Below, piece by piece: positions 15,280 to 27,890 of a stretch of DNA of 64,000 nt. This DNA comes from the human T2T-CHM13v2.0 reference genome, Homo sapiens. Made by a program: the position numbers and the translations under genes. Under the pieces are notes generated by a model. The model was not told where the DNA came from and searched no databases. It saw only the letters and a program-made list of their open reading frames with translations. The stretch lies in assembly GCF_009914755.1 (NCBI RefSeq), contig NC_060937.1; one strand, 5' to 3'. Each line of letters starts with the position of its first letter. Within the stretch, counting starts at the first letter, position 1.

Positions 15280-15800
15280 ATTGTACTGTCCCTCCTTTAC
15301 ACACACTTCCCCACCAATCTCTTGCTTTTTCTCTGAAATATGATATTCAAAATGGTGTTGCTCTGGTTCAGACTTCTGAAGCGGAGTTGGAAAGTCACTC
15401 CAAGAAGCACTACCTGCACAGCCTGCACCCTTGCAAAACAAAAATTTGCCTTGAGCCTTCACCTAGGCCCAACCATCACAACCACAACATCCAGGAAAAT
15501 AGCTAGATTTCACCAGCACTGCAACTTCCGAACAGAGACACCCAGTGAACTATGAACTCATAGAACTCCTAATCCACCTCCAGAGGAAATTGCTAGCAGC
15601 CTCCACCAATGATCAGTCTTTCAAAACAACTTGTGCAATCACACTTCACTTCCTTTAAAAAGTTCCTACTCCCCTTCCTCTCTTTGGAACACAATTTGGC
15701 TTCTAGCCGAATCTGTGTCTCCCAAATTAGAATTCCTAAGACCCACATAAACGCCTTGTCTGACTGCTTTGCAATCTGGCCCTTCATCTCTTCTTGGTTG
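15280..15800 (+). mobile_element. ERV solo LTR, family not assigned
   Basis: LTR-like order: tttaaaaag TATA-like, R-like ggaacacaatttggcttctagccgaatctgtgtctccc, cataaac polyA-like signal, U5-like tail. Confidence 0.55.
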
Positions 15801-16235
15801 GTGCTTCCCTTCTCACTCATCCAGACTGCATTCTTTTCTACCACTGTAGTCCCTACACATTGTACTCAAATGCTACTTCTTTTATGCACCCTTTCTTGAT
15901 TATTACAATAGAAAAAGATCTTTTTTTTTTCTTCAGACCTACCACTTAAGAATTGCGATACAAAACACTTAGGATAAGGACCCCCAAAGCCCTGTGTTGC
16001 AATTATTTATTTGCAGGTTTTATTTACTTATGGATAGCAAGGTTGTCTTACCAATATTTGTATTTCCTAGAGCAGTTAGTGCCAAATATAACAGCAAATA
16101 TGAAATGCTAGTTTAAGACAGAGCACTGACTATATTACTCATAAATATAATCACAAAAATGGCACTGCCAATGAAAAGGAAGGGTATTGTTAGTAAACCA
16201 AAACTTGTAGAAATACCTAAAAAGCAGGAAAAACC

Positions 16236-16238
<3 letters not shown>

Positions 16239-16292
<54 letters not shown>

Positions 16293-16368
16293 TATATTTG
16301 TGTATATATATTGTGTGTGTATATGTATATATATATACACCTATATACACACACGTACACGCACACAC
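16239..16368. repeat. (TA)22 plus (CA)/(TG) compound microsatellite
   Basis: Uninterrupted TA run at 16239-16282, followed by mixed CA/TG/TA. Confidence 0.97.
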
Positions 16369-16379
16369 AGGAGAACATT

Positions 16380-16900
16380 TCAGAAGTCGGCAGATAAAGA
16401 AAAATTCTAAAATTTGTTTTTTAAAATAAGAGCAAATATTAAGCATCAGACTTCTCACTAACAAAATCTAATCATTGACAACAGTGGAGGAACAACGGCG
16501 AACAGGAAAATCATGCATAAGAGAAAAATTAAGGTGCTTTTCAAACATAAAGAGGCTCAAAAAGTTTATTTGGACATGCACCTTTTTAAAAACTATAAAC
16601 AATTTTCTCAAAAATCTAAGAAACAAAGCCAAAAAGGAATCTGAGAAAAAAGAGGATATCAGTTTCAAGGAAGATGGAACTAACTTATGACTGTGAAGAA
16701 AAAATAAATCTCAGAATAACTTCTTTACTGCTGGCATAGAAATAATCATTCCAAATTAGAACACAAAGTCTGAGGGCTACATGAAAGTGTCTTCAAGAAG
16801 AAAATAGATAGCATCATACAAAATGAGTGCTTATTCTGTCAAGAAAAATGTAAGGCAATTATAAAGGAAGGTTAAGAAGAACATGAAAATAAATCATGAT
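16380..16900 (+). mobile_element. Very old L1M/HAL1-like ORF1-region relic
   Basis: A-rich, with aagcatcagacttctca resembling L1 ORF1 sequence. Heavily decayed. Confidence 0.4.
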
Positions 16901-17412
16901 CTCAAAATAAAATTTTGACATAATTTGTTAGCAATTGATGGAGTTTAAAGAGCAGTGTCTTTTGAAATAACAAAGTCAAACAAACAGTATTCAGTTAATT
17001 CATAGGAAGGCTGACTGATATTCTCAATTCAAGTGTAATCATTTTGGATTTATGATAGCCAGAAAATATAATGACTTTACCATGATTTTCTTTTCTAGAA
17101 AGTGATTTATCACTTTTTCTATAATGACCCACCTTCTAAAGTTTTTGAAAAATGTTAACTTTATGGGGATTTTTAAGAATATATATATAAAATATAATAT
17201 AAAATATAATTAGTTCTGTGGCTGTGAACATTATAATTGAAATATATATGTTGAGACAATGTTTTTATTCTAAGTTCAATAAGTTCTTTATTTTATTTCA
17301 GTTTCTTTTTTCCAATACATTTGAGTAAAATCAAATATAACACTTTAATTAAAATATTAAGTTTTTTCATAATTATTCTTTTATCTACTTTTTCCAAATT
17401 TTAGATTGCAAG

Positions 17413-19661
17413 TGTATTAGTTCATTCTCATGCTGCTAATAAAGACATACTCGAGACTAGGTAATTTATAAAGGAAAGAGGTTTAATTGGCTCACCGTTC
17501 CACATGGCTGGGGAGGCCTCATGATACCTACAATCATGGTCAAAGGCACCTCTTCACAGGGTGGCAGGAGAGAGAATGAGAGCCTAGTAAAGGGGAAAGC
17601 CCCTCATAAAACCATCAGATCTCATGAGAACTTACTCACTATCACAAGAATAACATGAGGGAAACCACCCCCATGATTCAATTACCTCCCACCGGGTGCC
17701 TCCCGTAACACATGGAGATTATGGGAACTACAATTCAAGATGAGATTTGGGTGGGGACACAGCCAAACCATATCATTCTGCCCCTGGCTCCTTCCAAATC
17801 TCATGTCCTCACATTTTAAAACACAATCATGCCCTTCCAATAGTCCCCCAGCGTCTTAACTAATTCCAGCATTAACTCAAAAGTCCAAGTCCAAAGTCTT
17901 ACCTGAGACAATGCAAATCCCTTCTGCCTATGACCCTGCAAAATCAAAAGCAAGTTCGTTACTTCTTAGATACAATGGGGGTACTTTGGGTAAATACATC
18001 CATTCCAATGGGAGAAACTGGCCAAAACAAAAGTCCCATGAAAGCCTGAAATCCAACAGGGGAGTCATTAAACCTTAATGTTCCAGAAAGATCTCCTTTG
18101 GCTCCATATCTCACATCCAGGTCATGCTGATGCAAGAGGTGGGCTACCATGGCCTTGGGCAGCTCCATCCCTGTGGCTCTGCAGGGTACAGTCTCCCTTC
18201 TGGCTGCTTTCACAGGCTGGAGTTAAGTGTCTGCAGCTCTTCCAGGAGAACGGTGAAAGCTGTCAGTGGATCTACCGTTCTGGGGTCTGGAGAAAGGTGG
18301 TCCTCTTCTCACAGCTCCACTAGGCAGTGCCCCAGTGGGGACTCTGTGTGGGCACCCCAACCCCACATTTCCCTTCCACACTGGCCTAGCAGAGATTCTC
18401 CATGAGAGCCCTGCCCCTGCAGCAAACTTCTGTCTAGACATCCAAGCTTTTCCATACATCCTTTGAAATTTAGGTGGAGGTTCCCAAACCTCAGTTCTTA
18501 ACTTCTGTGTACCCACAGGCTCAACACCACATGTAAGCTACCAAGGCTGGGGGATTGCACCCTCTGAAGCAATGGCCTGAGCTGCTGTACGTTGGCCCCT
18601 TTTAGCCACAGCTGAAGTGGCTAGAATGCAGGTCACAAAGCCTCAAGGTTGAACACAGCAGGGGAGCCCAGGAAACCATTTTTCCCTTCTAGGCCTCCAG
18701 CCTGTGATGGGAAGGGCTGCCGTGAAGGTCTCTGACATGTTCTGGGGATATTTTTCCCATTTTATTGGTGCTTAACATTTGGCTTCTCATTACTTATGCA
18801 AACATTTGCAACCTGCTTGAATTTCTCCCTGGAAAATGGGGCTTTCTTTTCTATCACATTGTCAGGCTGCAAATTTTCCAAACTTTTATGCTCTGCTTCT
18901 TCTTGAACGTTTTGCCGCTTAGAAATTTCTTCCACCAGATACCCTAAATCATCTCTCTCAAGTTCAAATTTCCACGGATCTGTAAGGCAGAGGCAAAATG
19001 TCCCCAGTCTCTTTGCATAGCAAGAGTGACCTTTACTCCACTTCCCAACAAGTTCCCCATCTCCATCTGAGACCACCTCAGCATGGACTTCATTGTCCAT
19101 ATCACTCTCAGCGTTTTGGTCAAAGCCATTCAACAGATCTCTAGGAAGTTTCAAACTTTCCCACATTTTTTTATCTTCTTCTGAGCCCTCTAAACTGTTC
19201 CGACCTCTGCCTGTTACCCACTTCCAAAGTCGCTTCCACATTTTCAGGTACCTTTACAGCAGTGCCCCACTACGCGGTACCAATTTAGTGTATTAGTCCA
19301 TTCTTACGCTGCTATAAAGAACTGCTCGAGACTGGATAATTTATAAAGGAAAGAGGTTTAACTGACTCACAGTTCTGCAGGGCTGGGGAGGCCTCAGGAA
19401 ACTTACAATTACGCTGAAATGGGAAACAAACACATCGTTCTTCACATGGCAGCGGGAAGGAGAAGAATGAATGTCCAGTGAAGGGGGAAGCCCTTTATAA
19501 AGCCATCAGATCTTCTCAGAACTTACTATCATGAGAATAGCATGGGGGAAATCACCCCATGATTCAATTACCTCCCACCGGGTCTCTCCCGTGACATGTG
19601 GGGATTATGGGAACTACAGTTTAAAATGAGATTTGGGTGGAGACACAGCCAAACCATAGCA
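17413..19661 (-). mobile_element. Full-length THE1 (C/D-like) MaLR provirus: LTR 17413-17775, internal 17776-19288, LTR 19289-19661
   Basis: Two same-orientation LTRs (tgtattag...ccaaaccata[t/g]ca). Internal MaLR ORF remnant 18762..19241 (SLEGSEEDKKMWESLKLPRDLLNGFDQNA). 5-bp TSD GCAAG at 17408-17412 and 19662-19666. Confidence 0.96.
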
Positions 19662-19713
19662 GCAAGTATGTATCATTTTTAAAACAAAAGCATATCATTT
19701 TAAGCAAATAAAT

Positions 19714-20074
19714 TGTATTAGTCCATTCTTATGCTGCTAATAAAGACATACCTGAGACTGGGTAATTTATAAAGGAAAGAGGTTTAATTGACACACAATT
19801 CAGCATGGTTGATGAGGCCTCAAAATCATGGCAGAAGGCAATGGAAGACTAAAGGCACGTCTTATGTGGCAGCAGGCAAGAGAGCATGGGCAGGGGAACT
19901 GCCCTTTATAAAACCATCAGATTGCATGAGATTCATTCACTTTCATGAGAAGAGCAGGGGAAAATCCTGCCCCTGTGATTCAATTACCTCCCAATAGGTC
20001 CCTCCCATGACCTGGGATTACGGGAGCTACAATTCAAGATGAGATTTGGGTGGAGACACAGCCAAGCCATATCA
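19714..20074 (-). mobile_element. THE1 solo LTR (THE1C-like)
   Basis: Complete LTR with its own 5-bp TSD TAAAT at 19709-19713 and 20075-20079. Confidence 0.95.
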
Positions 20075-20229
20075 TAAATGTATTGAAAGTACCAAACAAT
20101 TACCCTGAATGCATTCATTTAAGGAATTGTAGCTGAACTCTAGAGACAGCTTAGAATTTAAGATAGAGATGTGGTTTTTCAGTCCACTGTGATGTTTATT
20201 TGTTGCACTTCCAAATAAAAAAGCAAATT

Positions 20230-20678
20230 GGTTGGGTGCAGTGGTTCAAGCCTCTAGTCTCAGCTACTGGGGAGGCTGAGACAGGAGGATCACTTGAGCT
20301 CAAGAATTCAAGACCAGGCCCAGCATGGTGGCTCACAAGTACAATCCCAGCACTTCAGGAGGCTGAGGTGGGCATATTGCTGGAGGCCAGGAGTTTGAGA
20401 CTGGCCTGGTCAACATGACAAATCACCGTATCTACTAAAAATACCAAAGTGAGCCAGGCGTGGTGGTGCATGCCTGCAGTCTCAGCTGCTCAGAAGGCTG
20501 AGGCGTGAAAATTTCTTGAACCTAGGAGATGGAGGTTGTAGTGAACCGAGATGATGCCACTGCATTCCAGCCATGGCAACAGAGCAAGACTGTCTCAAAA
20601 AAAAGAAAAAAAAAAACAAAAGTCTAAGACAAGCCTGCACAATATATTGAAACCCTGTCCTTAAAAAAAAAAAAAAAA
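20230..20678 (+). mobile_element. Alu monomer (FLAM/FRAM-like) split by a dimeric Alu at 20317-20617
   Basis: The monomer runs to ...caagaattcaagacca and resumes gcctgcacaat...aaaccctgtcc(A)n at 20633. The inner Alu has a degenerate TSD aagaattcaagacca/aaaagtctaagacaa. Confidence 0.88.
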
Positions 20679-20732
20679 CAAATTGCCCTATTTACATTGC
20701 ACGTAGAATTTCACTGCTTCTGAGTAAATTAA

Positions 20733-21421
<689 letters not shown>

Positions 21422-21864
21422 AACCTCAAGATTTTTAATGAAAATCATTTATTAATAGATTCAATAAGAAACAATTTTGCTCCAAAGACAATGGTGAAGT
21501 CAATCCATGTATTAGGCTCTTTTTATTTTAGTGGTTAAACGTAAAGCACTTAAACATAGACCAACCTATAGTGAAGCGTACTGACAATCAGGAGAAGCAA
21601 AATCCGGGATGGAGAAGGGTCAGAGGAACCTGGACTCCTGTATTGGTCAGTGGTAAATGAGAAGATAGTCTGTGGATTTGTGCCTGTTAGACCTCAGCTG
21701 GGATGTGATGGATCCAGAACCATGGTCCAGTGGGAAGGAGGAGGCCAGTGGAATTGCGTGGAGCTTGCTGGGAGCAGGGCTGCAGACCTGGGCCCTGATC
21801 TAGTGTAATTAGGTCCAAGTTTGAGGAAAGGGAACTGTAGACCAATGTTAGTGGCCAAAACAGA

Positions 21865-22070
21865 TAAATGCAGGCTTTGGAGTCAAAGAGACCTGGGATG
21901 AAATCTAGCACTGCAGTTATACAACCAAATTATTTTTTCTTATTTTCAAAACAGTAACAACAATCTTTACCTGAATTCTTATCTTACAATCTTGCTATGT
22001 GATCAAAAGGGATTTGTGCAAAGCAGGTGGCATAGTGCTTGCATGTAGCATGCACTCCATGCATGGCAGC
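21865..22070 (+). mobile_element. MIR relic
   Basis: caggctttggagtcaaagagacctggg..aaatctagcactgca...catagtgcttgcatgtag. Confidence 0.7.
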
Positions 22071-22072
22071 TA

Positions 22073-22146
22073 TTAGGTTGGTGCAAAAGTAATTGTGGTT
22101 TTTGCCATTATTTGCAAAAACTGCCATTACTTTTGCACCAACCTAA
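22073..22146. mobile_element. MADE1 (Hsmar1-derived mariner MITE)
   Basis: Terminal inverted repeats ttaggttggtgcaaaagtaat...attacttttgcaccaacctaa flanked by TA on both sides. Confidence 0.96.
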
Positions 22147-25100
22147 TACTACCACTATTCCTCTGGTGGCCATGGAGATCAGGGAGACCCAGCCTGGCAA
22201 AAGTTTCAGGTAGCTGGCCATGTCTGGGCAGGTGGCACTATTGTGACCTCAGAGGAATTTAAAGATGGTTGGGGGTTCACAGAAGAGCTTGGGTCCCAAT
22301 AGAACTGAAGTGCTGACCAGATATTCATGCAGAAAATAATTGGTATGAAATGGATGTGCACAGAAATTGCTGGGAAAGATGAAGCCCCAGGATTCCTGGG
22401 TTCACACAAGGCATGGGTGCAACTGGATGTATTTTGACAAAGCCAGTTTGTTTTAGACCTCTGTCTGCTTGCGGGCAGGCTGGGTCTCCTGAAGTCCACA
22501 TTTCATAATGGCTTCATTAAATTTGACTCAAAATTCCGCTGAACTGAATTTATAAGTAATGGCTCTTATCTGTACATTTGAATGATTGATAAAGTTTTAA
22601 AAAACATGTTTATATCTGGAACCCACTCTCTGGGATTTTTATTCAATTAGTCTAATGCATAGTCAGGACTGAAGACCCCTGAAGTAAATTCATTAATATC
22701 TACAACTAAATGAAGTTAAAATCTTAGGGCTGCAAATTAATTCTTCAGTCACATAAAGGTGCTACCAACCACATGCTCCTGACTCCAGTTCTAGAAACGA
22801 TAACTCAGTATCAAGTTCTAATTTCACTTAGACACTATGAATGCTTTCCACAGTTTGAAGGCTATGTGATAGCTCTTTAAGTTAGGTAATTCCCTGTAAG
22901 ACGTTCTCTTGGATAAAATCTTAAACAAATAGAAAACACCTGTACAAAGCTACTGGGAGAGTCTACTGTCATGCGAACATGTGAACATGATGTTAAGATC
23001 ACAGCCATATTTGTCAAGTATTTAAACACACTTTATTTGTATTTGCATTAAAATAATCATCTTTAGCAATGGCTTGTCTGTACAAGGCTCTCCAAGACAA
23101 ATCGAGACTGTTCAAGCCTGTTCATGGGTATTCTTGCCTTAGTTCTCAACAAGGACAGACTTTACCCTACTGATGGCACTCCTGGGGCTAATGTTTCTGA
23201 CATCAGCATATCTCTGTTTGTAGATTTCTTATTATTCCACCCTAACATACATACACTTCTTGACTGATGGATTAACTTATTTATTTACTTACTTATTTAG
23301 TCCATTCAACTTTCCAGCAAAGATTAAGACAAGAAGGCTTCTAACCCATAGCCATGACCCCGCTTCCCACACCCTCTTTTGCAGAGTGTGTCCCAGGGCT
23401 GCAATCTAGATGTGGTGGCTGGGCTGGTGAGTGGCATGTTGGTTTGCCTGTTTAAACACCCGGAGTCAGTGTGATGTGGTTGCTTTCTGTTCGTTTACTC
23501 ATTGCTCCATATGGCCCATTGACAGCCGATAGCAACTTTGCTCATCTTTACAGTTGGGTGTTTGACTGATGACAGATGTCAGTTGGAGATGGTTCTCTTA
23601 CACATGGCCAACCAATCACCAGGCAATCCCCAAAGGTGGGGACAAGATCCCAGCCAACAGATGGCTTGGCCTCTCTCAAATAAGCAGTAATTAAACATTT
23701 TGGCTAGAAATCTCCCTTTTTAGGTTTCCATTAAGAAGTTGTCACTCAGTCCCATATGCACTGATTTTTTCCATCTCCAAACATTCTTTTGCTGTCATTC
23801 AGGCACTTGACAGAAGTTCACATGAGTGCATTTTCAGAGATTCTGATCAAACAAACCCTAGAAAATCAAAAGATGAAGCTACCGGTGTTCAATGCGTGGC
23901 AGAGAAATAATTGAATTATAGACAGCAGCTTTGTAAAAGGCAGAGGTGGTTTCAACAGAAGACATTGCTTCTATTTACAAAAAGACATTCTAAAAGGCAG
24001 TTTATTTTTCTTACAGCTTTCTTCATATTACTGCTAATGTTTATGTTTCAAGAATATTGTTCTTTTTCCCAATAGGGGAATCTTCATCTGATTATTTGTG
24101 TAAAAAATAAGTCCTATGTAGTTTGGACAAAAGCATGACATTTCAGATTGGGACCCATAAGCTCATTGCAGAACACAGGCCTGCAATTGAAAGTCACGAC
24201 TTCATTCATAAAGAAAGGAGGCAGCTTTCTCTGGAACATTCTTCATCTCAACACTTCTTTCACACTCACTTCTAGAGATTCTCTGCTTTATGTTTTTTTG
24301 TTTGTTTGTTTTTTGTTTTTGTTTTCCATTTCACAGCATTTTTCTTGTGGCAGATTTCTCTGTTTCACAAATATAAAAAAATTTTTAAAATCCTGTATGT
24401 GTACCTAGTGAAGGAATACAATGAATAATTTAGAAGGATATAAAATATTTTGATGTAAAAACATGAAAGGTGCTACTAAAGTCATGTTTATTTTGTTCTT
24501 GCTTCTTAGTAAAAGAAATAACTTTCCCCAACACAAACGGTAATACTTTAAAAAAATCATGTTGAGGTTTTCCTAAAGGAAAGAAAAAATACTGCTTCAA
24601 AAATCTGAGCATCTTTGTCTTAGTGAGTGTTCCAGAGAAAAAAGTATATATAATGAAAATAAATTCACATCTGTGAGTTGTTGAAGAAAAAAGCTACATA
24701 ATAAATTATGATTATCCATGTGCTTGCTTTTGTCAAATCCTATGTGTTACAGAACTTTCTAAGTATTTTCTTCTTAAAGTATTTTTTTCTTAAAGAAAAA
24801 TTAAGCACAAAACACCACAGTCAATATAAACACATGTCTGGAATTGAATTTCACTGTATATCTGCAGCTTCTTCCTGGTATTGCCACTAGTGACCACACT
24901 GCTCACATATGCGGCTATCCACACTTCATCTATCATCGACTTGTTGGAGCTTCAGACTGAACACAAGTCGTTACCATATGTGGCAAAGGGATACACTAAT
25001 GATCTTTCAATCCATGATTCACAGACAGGACAAGGTAACATACAGCTCCAAACATCCACAACACACTAAGCCAGAGCACACTAGTGGGGCCTGTCAATGT

Positions 25101-26443
25101 GTCATGTGTTATTGGGACAGTTGCTTATCCTGTTCCCTTTGGAGTCACCCTCATACATAATATTTAAATTTACTCAAGAGTTCTCACCTTTGGGCTAGTA
25201 TTAGAAGCCTTTTGGAATTTATGCAGCTCATTTTAGTAATGGTTTGTGTAATCCACATATTTGCCATCCACATACTCGAAAACCAAGTCGTTAGAGATCA
25301 TATTGAAGAATAATGTATAATATAATATAATTTATGCTCTGTTTAACTTAATCTTCAAATGTTTTTACTTTACAAGTTCTCACTTGTAAGAGTTCATAGA
25401 ATTACTTAGCAAAAATGAAGCTAAATATAAATAATTTCTAGATACTGATTCTTCATGGATGCTGTTATCCCTCCCATCTGTGGCCATTAGTTCCTTCGCT
25501 GTGACTAAGGCCAGGAAACGCAGATCAGAGCTGAGCTTGGTGACCTTTAGGTTGTCCAGCTGGCCTGAGCATGGAAGTATGCATCCTCTCACCAGCAGTT
25601 TCCGAGGCAGGGTTTCCAGTGCAAGATATTTATTAGTTAATGCTCTCAGGAGTCAGGAAGGCAAGACAGAGAAGGGAAAGCTTAGCAAGGGTGAGACTGC
25701 AGATGGAGTCCTAGGATCAGCTGGTCTCTGCAGGGGGGCTCTAGAGCCTTGTCCAGCTTCAGAGCATAGTACTGGGTGTACTGGCACTGGCGGTGGTGGT
25801 GCTCAGGGTGATTTGAACTTCCAGGCCCTCTAGTCCTCTTTACTAGTTGAGCAGCCAACTCATTGCCCAAGAGCAGTATCTGAAGCTGACTGGTGTGAGC
25901 CATTATCGGGCAGTTAACAGAAGCTGAGGGCTGGATGCATGGATGCACATAACTGATAAAAAGCAAAGATTCCATGTTCCTTGCAGATGGGGAAGGAGCG
26001 GTGGGCACAGATCCTGCCTGCTACCACACCCTTGGGGAAATTACACTCTCAGAAGACCAGGTTTCTGGCCTGTAAGTAAAAAGCTCAGGGGCGAGGGGCA
26101 GGAAAAACACAATGCTTTTTGGATGCTGGGAGATTAGGTGACATAATACTGCAAGTGCCTGTCACAGAAACTGAAACATGTTATTCAATTAGCAATTGTT
26201 ACTCTCTCTCCATTCTTGTAAGTACCCGTCCTTTTCCTGCTTAGCAATGTTTACTGTTCCTCGTTTTCTACAGAAAACATCTCACTTTGTCATGTACCAG
26301 TGTGAATGCGAAATTTTTACCAACTACTCCACAGATCAAAACTATGTAACCTGAAGGTATTGGAGTCTGTGAAGTCAATAAACCCTCTGAAATTGTGTGG
26401 GAAATCCAGAAAGTATGTTTTCATGGAAAAAGGCCCCATTGCT

Positions 26444-26750
26444 TGGAGAGGCAGGATTGTGTCTGAGTCAAATTCCAGCTAACCCATTTCTTGCTGAGTG
26501 ACCTGGAGAGGCAGGATTGTGTCTGAGCCCAAATTCCAGCTAACCCATTTCTTGCTGAGTGACCTTGGGATGGTCTTATTTAAACCATGTGCACTTAACT
26601 TTTGTCATCTGTTAAAGGGAGATGGTGACTATACGACCTCATAGGTCTGTTAGGATGATTAAATTAATTAATATATGAAAAGCACTTATGTAAAAACACT
26701 GCATATCACATTGAAATTGTGTGTGTTACTATTTATATTACTACTATTAC
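26444..26750 (+). mobile_element. MIR relic carrying a 60-bp tandem duplication
   Basis: ctgagtgaccttggg...tcatctgttaaagggagatgg...acctcatagg..tgttaggatgattaaat is MIR core. Duplicated units at 26444-26503 and 26504-26564. Confidence 0.8.
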
Positions 26751-27539
26751 TGCTGTTGTTTTTAGTTATCATCATCATCTCATCCTATGCAGAAACGGTG
26801 TGTGGCTGAAAGCTGTTTGGGAATTACTGCCCCTGAGGCATTTGCCGCTCTAACAAAGTTGATTCAACTTGCTGTCCTCTAAACATAACCCTGTATCTAC
26901 CTCTTTGCTCTGCACGAATTTCCCCCTGAAGTTTCCTCTTCTCATAAGCCACTTGCAGCCATCTTTAAGGGTCACGTCTTCCTCCAACAGTCTTCCTTCC
27001 TCACAGTCTCTGGCCTCCAGAAGCCTGGCTCTCCCTCTGAATTCCCATCTCATTGCCAGTTTATTCAGCCAGTCAACTGTAATCCCACATTGTTGGGGCT
27101 ACTACCAAAATTCCCAATTGTGTCTCTTCCCTCTTAAAAAAAATGGTAAGCAATATGGGAGGCAAGGCCTTGCCTGTATGACTTGATGTTCTACTCACCA
27201 ACAGTCTTATAGAATAAGCAAATCCTAAGCACACAGAGAAGACACTCATTCAAATGCAGCTCATCGCTGTTGCCAAAGTAACTACCAAAGAGTGAGTTAG
27301 TCACATCATAGGTGCTTAATAAATATAGACAGTGAATAAATAAATCTGTGGTGAAGATTTACTTAAGTTACTGTGTTTGGAGTTGGCACCAATACTGATG
27401 AATTTTATGGTTAATGTTAAAGTTTTAAAGCAGAACTGCAAGTAAAAGAATAGACTTTTTCAAGCACGACCATTTTTGAAGTAGCACAGGATGTCACTAA
27501 CTATAGCGAGCTATTGCCAGGCACTAAAATAACTGTTGC

Positions 27540-27890
27540 TGTGGGGCTGGTTAATGATACCTCGTTAGTGACAGAAGATAATGAGAGGATAAGGGCAAGA
27601 TTCATTGACCTTTCAAAGCCTTTTGATTTACTAAATGACATTGTTGGATAAGCTAATTAAATTTGGCTTTTCTCCTGCAGTGATAGCTGGGTTCTGCTCT
27701 CATTTGATTAGTAAGAAAAATCAGAGGCTGTTTTAAGGCTATCAGCCTGATTTATCACTATTCCTATCTGATGGTGCCTTGGGGCTCAATAACTCATTGG
27801 TTTTATTTTATTTATTTTAAAATTATCTTTCTGATGCTAGAGATGATCCAGGAATTCACTTATAGAGCAATGATAATACCACTTCAAATA
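27540..27890 (+). pseudogene. Ancient non-LTR retrotransposon reverse-transcriptase fossil (CR1/L2-clade-like)
   Basis: Frameshifted translation gives LVNDT...ARFIDLSKPFDLLND, LLDKLIKFGFSPAVIAGFCSHLISKKNQRL, VPWGSITHWFYFIY and IHL*SNDNT, in the canonical order of non-LTR RT motifs (DLSKAFD, GVPQGS, YADD). Confidence 0.75.

Noticed and set aside
16113-16464. YI-repeat ORFs
   Set aside because: Translations of the (TA)n microsatellite.
18762-19241. 159-aa ORF as a host gene
   Set aside because: It is the decayed MaLR internal ORF inside the THE1 provirus.
26444-26564. Direct repeats as a CRISPR-like array (also 51415-51486)
   Set aside because: Head-to-tail copies without unique spacers, no cas genes, and a mammalian context.
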